A DNA stretch of 55,779 nt from Candidatus Bilamarchaeaceae archaeon (lineage in GTDB: Archaea > Micrarchaeota > Micrarchaeia > Anstonellales > Bilamarchaeaceae). Where the stretch lies: contig JAWCKZ010000005.1 in NCBI GenBank assembly GCA_038851325.1, positions 1 to 55,779 of the forward strand, in the 5' to 3' direction. This document shows, piece by piece, positions 47,900-55,779 of the stretch; position 1 is the first letter of the stretch, and every line of letters begins with the position of its first letter. Made by a program: the position numbers and the translations under genes. The notes below the pieces were generated by a model. That model searched no databases, had not been told where the DNA came from, and saw nothing but the letters and a program-made list of their open reading frames with translations.

Positions 47900-48991
47900 T
47901 TATCTCTTAACTATCTGGATTACATCGCCGTCTGCAAGTACGTGCTCAAGCCCGACACGCTGGCCGGGATGCTTTACACTTTTTCCCCAGACAAGAGCAT
48001 ACTTGAAATTAGATTTCAGTTCGCGATGCAGCCGCTCGCAGACATCACTAACTTTAGTGCCTCTTCGCACTATCAGTGGTTCTTCCATGTCTACCTTCTC
48101 TCCACGTTTTTTTGTGTAGACTCTTATGAAGTCGAGTTTTCTGTATATCCTCTCCTTTAACAGTTCGATGTTTACACCATTTTCTGCTGATATTGGGATA
48201 TATTCAAACTGAAGTTTTTTATCAAGTCTTCCTCCAACGAGATCGATCTTATTTATCGCTATTATTGCTGGAAGGTACACTCTGTTTCCCTCTAAAACAT
48301 CTATTAGTTCATCGATGCTTGCATCAGACCTAAAAACGACATCGGCGCTATAAATTCCGTATTCTCCCAAAACAGCATTTACCTCTGTTTCACTTATTTT
48401 TGTCAATTTGACTGTAGAGCTTATTGTTATACCGCCATGAAGCGTCTTCTTTACCGCTATCTCAGGCGGCTTCGTGTTCACTCTTATTCCGAAGCCATAA
48501 AGCTCTCGCATTATTGTTTCGTACTCTCTATCAGGATTTGTGGCGTCGAGCAGTATAAGAAGGAGATCAGCGCTTCTGGCAACTGATATTATCTCTCTTC
48601 CACGTCCCCGTCCATCCTTCGCCCCCTCTATTATTCCAGGAAGGTCAAGCACCTGTATCCGCGCGCCGTTGTACTCGAGCATTCCCGGTATGCATTTAAG
48701 GGTTGTAAATGCGTAAGCAGCCACCTTGGACTGGGCGTTCGTTAGTTCTGTGAGAAGGGTGCTTTTTCCGACACTCGGTAGGCCGATTATGGCAACGGTT
48801 GCATCCCCTCCTTTCTTTATATCAAACCCACCAGCAGCCTTTCCAGTTTTGGTGTGAGATGGGGATATCAATTCACGCTTTAGTTTGGCTATCTTTGCCT
48901 TAAGTCGACCAATATGAAACTCTGTTGCCTTGTTATATTGAGTTCTTCTTATCTCTTCCTCAAGTTGTCTGATCTTCTCCTGTATTCCCAT
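47900..48991 (-). CDS. DRG/Rbg family GTPase with TGS domain
   Basis: YNKATEFHIG, GLPSVGKS, YAFTT, DLPG, NKID, VWGKSVKHPGQRVG. Confidence 0.95.
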   Translation of the reverse strand: MGIQEKIRQLEEEIRRTQYNKATEFHIGRLKAKIAKLKRELISPSHTKTGKAAGGFDIKKGGDATVAIIGLPSVGKSTLLTELTNAQSKVAAYAFTTLKCIPGMLEYNGARIQVLDLPGIIEGAKDGRGRGREIISVARSADLLLILLDATNPDREYETIMRELYGFGIRVNTKPPEIAVKKTLHGGITISSTVKLTKISETEVNAVLGEYGIYSADVVFRSDASIDELIDVLEGNRVYLPAIIAINKIDLVGGRLDKKLQFEYIPISAENGVNIELLKERIYRKLDFIRVYTKKRGEKVDMEEPLIVRRGTKVSDVCERLHRELKSNFKYALVWGKSVKHPGQRVGLEHVLADGDVIQIVKR

Positions 48992-48993
48992 CT

Positions 48994-50553
48994 CTATCCA
49001 CCTGATTCATTACTGTTTGTTGATCTACGAGTAGCGAATCTCTGCCTTTTTCTTGAGTGAAGCGTAAGCCATCCAAGCATGACGAGTGCGATAAGCAGAA
49101 GCCCACCATAATCAAAAAGCGGTGCAATTATGCAGCAGTAAAGGGCAGCCCCGCTTTCTCCAAAAAGTGCGATCAGCAATTCGCCAGAGTTGTGAAATGC
49201 ATGAAAAACCATCGCAGGAAGCATGGCAACCACAGAGAGGATTGCGTATGGGTAAGCGCGTACTTTCATAAATCCTATTATGGCACCAGTGATTGAGGTG
49301 TACACACCATGCACTGCCGAGAATATTATGGACCTAAGAATGAAAAGAAAGAGCCACACCATCATGTCTGCTCCCATAGGATTTTGAATGAGATAGACCC
49401 AATTTTCAACAAAAGTAAACCCCATCCCGACTACAAAACCAAAGACGAGGCCATCTGCAACACTGTCGTATTCATGATGAAACGAAAAAAGAACGAGTCC
49501 CGCACCCTTAAAGAATTCTTCAAATATAGGGATGAAAAAAACGCTTGTAATCATACCTACTCCTACAGCGACGAAAAAGGAATTGAACACGGAATTGAGA
49601 CCAAATGCCATTAGAGAAGCAAATGCACCCCAAAGAAAAAGAGAGACTATTATCCTGAGTGGCTCACGCTTTTTATAATCTGCGAACCACCACGCCGCTA
49701 CCCAAAGAAACGGAGTAAAGAAAGCAACTAATCCACTTACTAAAAAAGCAACTAATGCTTCAGTCGATTTAAACGAGTCTGTTATAACAGCCATAGATAA
49801 CGCGAAGATAAAAATGCCTGAGAGCTCGGCTAACCAAAATATAGGGGAAGCGATGATTGCTTGTAGGAATACTGATGGTTTTTTGACATCTTTAAACGGA
49901 TTTAAAAGACCGGATATGGTATACTCCCCTTTATAGATTGCATGGTGCTTCTCTTTTGTAGCGAGCGAGTACATCGCAAACGCAAGCGGCAAGATCAAAA
50001 ATAGAAAACCAAGAAGAGCGCCAACAAAGAGGACTAGATTGAATTTCCAAAACTTTTTCTCATAATCCTTCCAGTTGTATGTAAGTTGGAGGCTGTTGCT
50101 GGTCATGGTGTCTCCGTCGGGTAATTCCAGGAAGGCTCGTAGTTGGACCCTACTCTCACTGGCATAGTTGTAAGGAATGCTTGCGTTGCATTCAAAAACT
50201 GTTGGCCTGATGCTCTTATCCCAATACACCTCCTCGAAGCAATCAGTGATCGCTATTATTCTGTCATGCTCACTCGCCTGGAGGATTAGACGGCTACCAG
50301 GGGCTACATCATTTGTTTCGACGCGTATTGGAACAAGTACCGGCGAATCAGTCGGGAGTACGTTTGAATAAGAGCCGTTTATAAAAGATATCTTAATGCT
50401 CTCAGTCATGTCCTGGAAAGCTGTACTTTCTGGTCTCCATATCTCAAGAGAGATCCCAAGAATGACAAATAAGCTTACCAACACTCCGCCTAAGCATAGT
50501 ATGAGAAAAAATGCCGCGACAATATAATCGGCTAGCGAATTTTTCGCATTCAT
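48994..50553 (-). CDS. PrsW-family intramembrane metalloprotease with extra N-terminal extracellular domain
   Basis: EP motif, PIFEEFFKG, GFTFVEN, HG, HAFHN. Confidence 0.88.
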   Translation of the reverse strand: MNAKNSLADYIVAAFFLILCLGGVLVSLFVILGISLEIWRPESTAFQDMTESIKISFINGSYSNVLPTDSPVLVPIRVETNDVAPGSRLILQASEHDRIIAITDCFEEVYWDKSIRPTVFECNASIPYNYASESRVQLRAFLELPDGDTMTSNSLQLTYNWKDYEKKFWKFNLVLFVGALLGFLFLILPLAFAMYSLATKEKHHAIYKGEYTISGLLNPFKDVKKPSVFLQAIIASPIFWLAELSGIFIFALSMAVITDSFKSTEALVAFLVSGLVAFFTPFLWVAAWWFADYKKREPLRIIVSLFLWGAFASLMAFGLNSVFNSFFVAVGVGMITSVFFIPIFEEFFKGAGLVLFSFHHEYDSVADGLVFGFVVGMGFTFVENWVYLIQNPMGADMMVWLFLFILRSIIFSAVHGVYTSITGAIIGFMKVRAYPYAILSVVAMLPAMVFHAFHNSGELLIALFGESGAALYCCIIAPLFDYGGLLLIALVMLGWLTLHSRKRQRFATRRSTNSNESGG

Positions 50554-50577
50554 CCAACTAACCTTCTCTGAGCTTAT

Positions 50578-51357
50578 TTATTTATTTGTTTTGGGTTTTA
50601 ATAGAAAAACAACAAATACCTTTTCGTCAATATTTACCGTATCGTCTGGTGGCACAGGCGGCAAGTTAAATTCTCCGTATTGTGCATCCTTTTTAAGATA
50701 GATTGCATAGTAATTTGTGCCTGCTCTCACATAAAGGTATGGCATTGCCAGATATTCGTTTTTGCGCACGCTAAATTCGCTTATTGTTTCCATTGTGCTC
50801 GTTAGTTCGGTGTGGCTCACGCCCTTGGCCTTTGCTATTATAGCAGCAACATCTACTCTATCAAGGTCATTCAGTATTAACTCGGCAATTCTTTCTTTCG
50901 GCAAGCAAGAAAGGTCAATATCTATAGGAATATCGAGGGGCTCGTCTTTGGCGGCTTCTTTGGTGAGCGGTTTTATTTTAAAAATATAGATGTCTCTTCC
51001 GTTTTCAGTTATGACAAATTTCTTACCATTATAGCCGATGTTTATAAACTCCGGTTTGGTGTCCATGAGTTTTTCTGGCGGCGTTTTTGAGAGCGCAAAC
51101 CAGCCGAATTTTGTTATTGCTGTAGGGAGATTTTCGTCAATTTTGCGCACATCTGTAATACTTTCAACAAATTCATCATAATCTATGCCGGTTGTATTTA
51201 CATGCGCATACCTTCCCCTTAATTTGTTTTTGAGTTTTTCTGCTGCGTTTTGCTCTGGTTTCTTGATGGATTCTGCCAGAGGTCCGACTACCCTTTTCTG
51301 TTCTGGTTTTTTTATATCGTAACCTGACAGGGTGATTACTCGCTGTCTGGTCTTCAT
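50578..51357 (-). CDS. Hypothetical protein (259 aa)
   Basis: Long ORF with TATA box TTTATATA ~20 nt upstream (leaderless); no motif recognised. Confidence 0.7.
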   Translation of the reverse strand: MKTRQRVITLSGYDIKKPEQKRVVGPLAESIKKPEQNAAEKLKNKLRGRYAHVNTTGIDYDEFVESITDVRKIDENLPTAITKFGWFALSKTPPEKLMDTKPEFINIGYNGKKFVITENGRDIYIFKIKPLTKEAAKDEPLDIPIDIDLSCLPKERIAELILNDLDRVDVAAIIAKAKGVSHTELTSTMETISEFSVRKNEYLAMPYLYVRAGTNYYAIYLKKDAQYGEFNLPPVPPDDTVNIDEKVFVVFLLKPKTNK

Positions 51358-51511
51358 ACATATCTGTTAATATTAGTATATAAACGTGTTTATAAATTTT
51401 ACTATGCAGTGTATTATTATTTACAACTTTTTAGTGAATGTTACTTTTAGAGATGGTTTGCGCAACCTGCAATAGCGTTCGCTTGGAGTAATTCTGCCAT
51501 AGTTTGGTTTC

Positions 51512-52474
51512 CTACCCTATTAGGAAGTTGAAAATATACCCCGTTATTATAAAAGAAGCCGCAAGTATCGCCACAAGAATCGCAAGCAGCTTCGTCTTGA
51601 CCACTTTTCGCAGTATTAGCAGCTGCGGGAATGACAGCGCGGTGATGCTCATCATAAGCACGAGCGCTGTTCCCGTAGCCATCCCTTTCGCCATCAATGC
51701 CTGCACTATTGGTATCGTCCCTGCTGCGTTGGAATACAACGGAATGCCTATTAGCACTGCAACTGGGACTGCAAGCGGGTTGCGCGGTCCTGCATACTGC
51801 AGGAAAAAGTCCTCAGGAACATAGCCATGTATGAGTCCTCCGACAGCTATTCCGATTATTATATAAGGTGCAACCTGCCAGGTTATGCTCCTGCTCTCCT
51901 CCCACCCGATGTCTATCCTCTCCTTCCACGTCATCTCACCACTATTCCTTGAAGCGTTTTTCGCTTTTGCTTTATATACGAACTCTTCTATCTGGTCCTC
52001 AAGCCCAAGCTTCCCGAGAACATAGCCGGCCACGACCGCGATTACAAAACCTATTCCAATATACAATGCGGTTATTTCCCATCCGACAAGACCAAGGAGC
52101 ATCACTATAGCAACCTCGTTTATCACTGGCGATGCTATAAGGAATGAAAACGTAATGCCCAGCGGAACTCCTGCATTAATGAATCCTATAAAAAGCGGAA
52201 TGACAGAGCATGTGCAGAACGGAGTCGGTATGCCCATTATCGCAGCAAGCACGTTTCCTGTGCCGTATTTCCTGTGCGCCAGGAAATTCCTTATCTTATG
52301 CGGGGTTATGAAAGTCCTTATCACCCCGACAACGAATATGATCGTCAGAAGTAGGATAAAAATCTTCAGTGTGTCGTATATGAAAAAATCCAATGCGTCC
52401 GCAAGCCGGTCGCCCTGCGCCATCTGGAGAATGCCGTAAACCACCCAGTCTGCAAAATCCTCAAGCACGCCCAT
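51512..52474 (-). CDS. ArsP/DUF318-family permease
   Basis: PFCTCSVIP, SFLIASP, GIPLYSNAAG, ALSFP. Confidence 0.9.
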   Translation of the reverse strand: MGVLEDFADWVVYGILQMAQGDRLADALDFFIYDTLKIFILLLTIIFVVGVIRTFITPHKIRNFLAHRKYGTGNVLAAIMGIPTPFCTCSVIPLFIGFINAGVPLGITFSFLIASPVINEVAIVMLLGLVGWEITALYIGIGFVIAVVAGYVLGKLGLEDQIEEFVYKAKAKNASRNSGEMTWKERIDIGWEESRSITWQVAPYIIIGIAVGGLIHGYVPEDFFLQYAGPRNPLAVPVAVLIGIPLYSNAAGTIPIVQALMAKGMATGTALVLMMSITALSFPQLLILRKVVKTKLLAILVAILAASFIITGYIFNFLIG

Positions 52475-52478
52475 TCAA

Positions 52479-52706
52479 TCACAGCATCTTCACTATTTCA
52501 TCGACATCCGGTATCCTTCCCTCGGATTTCACCGTGCCGTCTATCACAAGCGCTGGCGTTCTCATGACTCCGTAAGAGGCTATCTCCCCGAAGTCCGTCA
52601 CCTTCACTATCTCAGCCTTTTTTCCGGATTTCTCAACCGCCTTTCTTGCATTTTCCTCAAGCTTCTTGCAGTTTGCGCATCCGCTTCCGAGTATTTCAAT
52701 CTTCAT
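52479..52706 (-). CDS. Small thioredoxin-like redox protein (MTH895-type)
   Basis: MKIEILGSGCANC, YGVMRTPALVIDG. Confidence 0.92.
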   Translation of the reverse strand: MKIEILGSGCANCKKLEENARKAVEKSGKKAEIVKVTDFGEIASYGVMRTPALVIDGTVKSEGRIPDVDEIVKML

Positions 52707-52707
52707 T

Positions 52708-52956
52708 CTACCACCTTTTTATGTCGCTCAATACCCGCTTTCCCTTTTCAGTAAGCGAATAAAGAATCATAGTGCCATCCCGCCTTGATTTCACCAGGGC
52801 AGCTTCCCTCAGCACACTCAGATGCTGAGATACTGCAGGCTGGGTTTTCTTAACGATTGCCGGTAGTTTGCATGCACAAATCTCACGCTTCCCGATCTCA
52901 ACAAGTATCCTTATCCGCGTTTCGCTTGATATTGCTCTGACTATATCAGTATTCAT
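52708..52956 (-). CDS. arsR: ArsR/SmtB family transcriptional repressor
   Basis: ETRIRIL, EICAC, QPAVSQHLSVLREA; start ATG 52956. Confidence 0.88.
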   Translation of the reverse strand: MNTDIVRAISSETRIRILVEIGKREICACKLPAIVKKTQPAVSQHLSVLREAALVKSRRDGTMILYSLTEKGKRVLSDIKRW

Positions 52957-52985
52957 GAATATAAGTAAAAACGAATATATTAAAA
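52951..52985 (-). promoter_or_regulatory. Leaderless promoter with probable ArsR operator
   Basis: Imperfect inverted repeat ATATAAG-N6-CGAATAT (52959-52978) between a TATA-like element and the ATG; palindrome ATTCATGAAT covers the start codon. Confidence 0.55.
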
Positions 52986-53007
52986 ATGTGCCTACTGGGT
53001 ATAGCAA

Positions 53008-53436
53008 ATGCAATCAGATGCTCTTCAGCCCACTCCGTACATCGCAGCGGGCAGATGCAGGTTTTCAATGCGCAAGCTTACTGGTGTGGAGTCCAGCGAA
53101 TGCAGTGCAGGCGACATAAAGGAATTAAGGCTCGATAGAATCTACCAAGTTTTTGGCAAGACTGGCAAGGATGAGAAGGCAAGATATCAATATGCCCTCA
53201 ATTTTGTATTGAAAAATGGGCAGGAACTTCGTTTCGAGTTTGGCACCGTATCCGCAGGCATAATGGACATCATAAGGTCACCGCACGAAAAGAAAAGGGC
53301 CGAGGCAAAGCAAATAGCAGATTTCCTTGGAGTGCCATTAACAGAGATTGGCCCGCTCAGTGTTGCAGAGATGCGGAGCATGCTGAAAGAGGCGCTACAG
53401 GAACAGATGGAAAAAGCAAGAAAAGAAAAGGTCTGA
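53008..53436 (+). CDS. Hypothetical protein, possibly a 5'-degraded remnant
   Basis: C-terminal ~120 aa look protein-like; start region lacks an SD and may be frameshifted. Confidence 0.45.
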   Translation: MQSDALQPTPYIAAGRCRFSMRKLTGVESSECSAGDIKELRLDRIYQVFGKTGKDEKARYQYALNFVLKNGQELRFEFGTVSAGIMDIIRSPHEKKRAEAKQIADFLGVPLTEIGPLSVAEMRSMLKEALQEQMEKARKEKV

Positions 53437-53576
53437 CGATTGCCCATCATTCTTTGCAATAGGCGCTCCATAAGAGCTAAAAATACCGCTGATAACCCAG
53501 CTACCAAAGAACAGGAAAAATGCACATTACTCATGCACGCCTTAGAGAACAAAATTCACGAATAGGGGAATTCTTA

Positions 53577-54215
53577 GACTGTTACTTCTATGTGGAAAAG
53601 TTTAAAAATACCACTAATACCGCAAGACCGTCTCTATTACTTTAAGTCAACTGGCATGTTTATTTACTTTACAGTGCAACTTCTGGTTGAAATAGAAATT
53701 CAAGGATTTATCAAAAGCAAGCTCTCTGTTGCTATGGATGCGACAGGTTTTAAACCGACAAATAAGGGTGATTGGAGGGTAATAAACCATGAGAATGGAG
53801 AAGTCAAAAGAGATGGATACGTTAAGCTGATGGCTGGAATTGATTTGGAAACATTGTCAATTCTCACAGGTTTTATCGGAGATGCACAAACTTCCGATAT
53901 CACTCTCTTTAGGCCTGCATTTGAAGAGCTCAAAGACAAAGCAGAGCGGTTCTTTGGAGATGGTTCATTTGATGCTTTTTTAAGAAGTGGGGTTATAAGG
54001 TATGGTCTAAGAGATTTGGCTATGGCAAGAGATGGCTCATTGAAATTGTATTCTCCAAGTTCAAGCGTTTGTTTGGAGAAACTATCAGAAGCAAAAAAGA
54101 AGAAAACATAAGGCAGGAATTTACCCTGAAAATCTGGATTTACAACGCGCTAACCGCGCTCCAGTGCGGTTTACATTTTTTTTGTTCGTTTATTCGTACG
54201 AATTAGCGGACAGCC
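53577..54215 (+). mobile_element. Degenerate IS5-family element (DDE transposase pseudogene)
   Basis: AMDATGF, YVKLMAGID and GDGSFD in one frame; YGKRWLIEIVFSKFK (YREK motif) in the -1 frame. Weak possible ends GACTGT/ACAGCC flanked by TA. Confidence 0.85.
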
Positions 54216-54243
54216 TACAGCCCGTTTTTCAATCGATGGGTTT

Positions 54244-54696
54244 TTATTTACTTTCGGATTTACTGTGCTTTTTACTGGGATATGCGAGTTCAACTAGAGT
54301 ATTTATTGCTATGGACTTGGTTTCGCTATCTTCGCTTCTACTGATTACATCATTCAGAAAATTCACAATTTCCAGTTCTAGGTCAGTGACTGCAGAGGGA
54401 CCCCCTATTCTCATTAATTCTTGAGTTGCAGCAGTTGCTACTTCATTGTCGTCGTCCTTCATTCTTTCCATCAGCGTTTTTCTTCCCTCGAGAAGTATCC
54501 TGCTGAGTGCGCGGATCATTTCGAGTTTGATACTCTTTTCATCTTCGTCCTTGTATGCCTCTATAATGCTCTTTGTTGCAGAAATATCTTTCAGCTGACT
54601 GAATGCCTTAGCCGCTTGCATACGGGTATATGGGTTTTTATCTTTCAGTAAACTCATAAGGTCTCTGCTTTCTTTCTCAGGTTTTTTCATTTGCAT
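54244..54696 (-). CDS. HEAT-repeat (PBS lyase-like) protein
   Basis: LKDKNPYTRMQAAKAF, KDEDEKSIKLEMIRAL, KDDDNEVATAATQEL. Confidence 0.8.
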   Translation of the reverse strand: MQMKKPEKESRDLMSLLKDKNPYTRMQAAKAFSQLKDISATKSIIEAYKDEDEKSIKLEMIRALSRILLEGRKTLMERMKDDDNEVATAATQELMRIGGPSAVTDLELEIVNFLNDVISRSEDSETKSIAINTLVELAYPSKKHSKSESK

Positions 54697-54734
54697 GCTT
54701 GTTATAGTGTATGGAAGTCTTTATAAATGTATAT

Positions 54735-55024
54735 ATGAAAAAAGAGCTTGCGAAGGCAGTAGAGCAGCCAAGAGAGCAAAAAGAACCTGAAGAGAACCAG
54801 AGAAATGCACGACCAAGGATATAGTTATTGCAAAGGTTCCTGATGCTCTTCCAAAATCAAAGTTTGACCTGCAGACAGCTGTGTTCATATCATTTCTTTA
54901 CGTTGCTCTGAATGTGTCAACAGGCAGAATAGCGTAGTTTTTCTCAGAAATTCTTGGAATTGATATAAGCAAGGCCACAATCAGCAACACATTGGTAAGA
55001 TTGAAGAACTATCTTGGAGTTTAG
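54735..55024 (+). pseudogene. IS66-family transposase (TnpC) remnant
   Basis: From 54803: KCTTKDIVIAKVPDALPKSKFDLQTAVFISFLYVALNVSTGRIA*FFSEILGIDISKATISNTL; in-frame TAG at 54935. Confidence 0.7.
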
Positions 55025-55098
55025 ATTAGAATTTTTTCTAAGACCTGCCAAAAATCTCATTAAGTCTGTTGCATCCCCAGACTTCCATTTAACTTGTT

Positions 55099-55779
55099 TC
55101 ACCGTTTTTTTTCGGGTTCAACATTAATAATTCTTAATCCGCCCAGGCCCATTGACCGTTGTAATTGTATGAGGTCGAGCTCTTTAGGGTTCACACGAAA
55201 GTTGAAATCCTCTCTTGGTCCATAATAGAGCTTTCCGTCGGTAGTAATTATTACAGCATCGTTTCTTCCTCCGTGAATATCCACATCGAAGTAATGTATC
55301 TTATCTTTGTAGCCTGCCTTCTCCAGCGCCTTAAGAATTGTAATTACAACGTTTTTTTCGCCGCTGATTACAGATATTTCCAGCGTGTAACCCTTTAATT
55401 TATTTAGAAAATTCATAATATTTGCTTCATTAACGAAGCTATCAATATGAGCAAGTGCCACTTTTTAACATTTCCCTTGTCATCTTTCGCTGTAACAGTA
55501 AGAATTGCACATGGACCTGCACCAAAAGTATAAATTGCATCATTTTTGTTTTTGGCGTCTGTAGCCAGTATAACTCCGTCGCCTTGGAGTGCAATAACTG
55601 GTTTTTTAGCAGGAGACATCCATGAATGAGGAAGTTGGTCTATTCCAGGCCCATTTTTATTCCTGTTCATTATTTCATTAAAAAGCCGCTGATTTTCTTT
55701 CACCTTTTCCTTAGCTTGCTTGATTTTTTCTTCAGGGATTCCAAGCGTTTCAAAAACATCTCCTCGCAATATGCCCCAA
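55099..55779 (-). pseudogene. Frameshifted gene with CheD/CNF1/YfiH-like Cys-His motifs (5' part outside window)
   Basis: Upstream frame has YTFGAGPCAIL; downstream frame begins VALAHID; the shift lies at an A5 run (55462-55466). Confidence 0.6.

Overview
Archaeal chromosome segment, probably DPANN/Micrarchaeota-like. This is inferred from the gene set, GGTGA-type Shine-Dalgarno sites, TATA promoters and tRNA introns at non-canonical D-arm positions; it is not phylogenetically tested. Most of the window is housekeeping: ftsZ, aglB, gatDE, a P-type ATPase, purB, purL, tfe, rpl10e, psmA, pyrH, taw1, aIF5B, rfcL, a Hef helicase, tpiA, aIF2beta, aIF1A, rio1, argS and a DRG GTPase. There are three tRNA genes: Arg-GCG and Gln-CTG, both with D-arm introns, and Gly-GCC. 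The last ~5 kb is a decaying accessory region with an ArsR/thioredoxin/permease cassette, IS5 and IS66 remnants, a HEAT-repeat protein and a frameshifted Cys/His deamidase-like gene. Three signals stand out. (1) A non-coding A-B-A-B tandem array of ~103-bp units (12869-13320) whose hairpins differ by compensatory base-pair swaps and are separated by ~10-bp-phased AGAAA motifs. (2) A tightly packed five-gene membrane operon around a split VirB4/HerA-like ATPase, with no relaxase or integrase (14791-21022). (3) A double-guide box C/D sRNA missing from the ORF track (31890-31938, minus) whose D' guide fits the 23S A-loop U2552 equivalent. No database searches were run; protein calls rest on recognised motifs.
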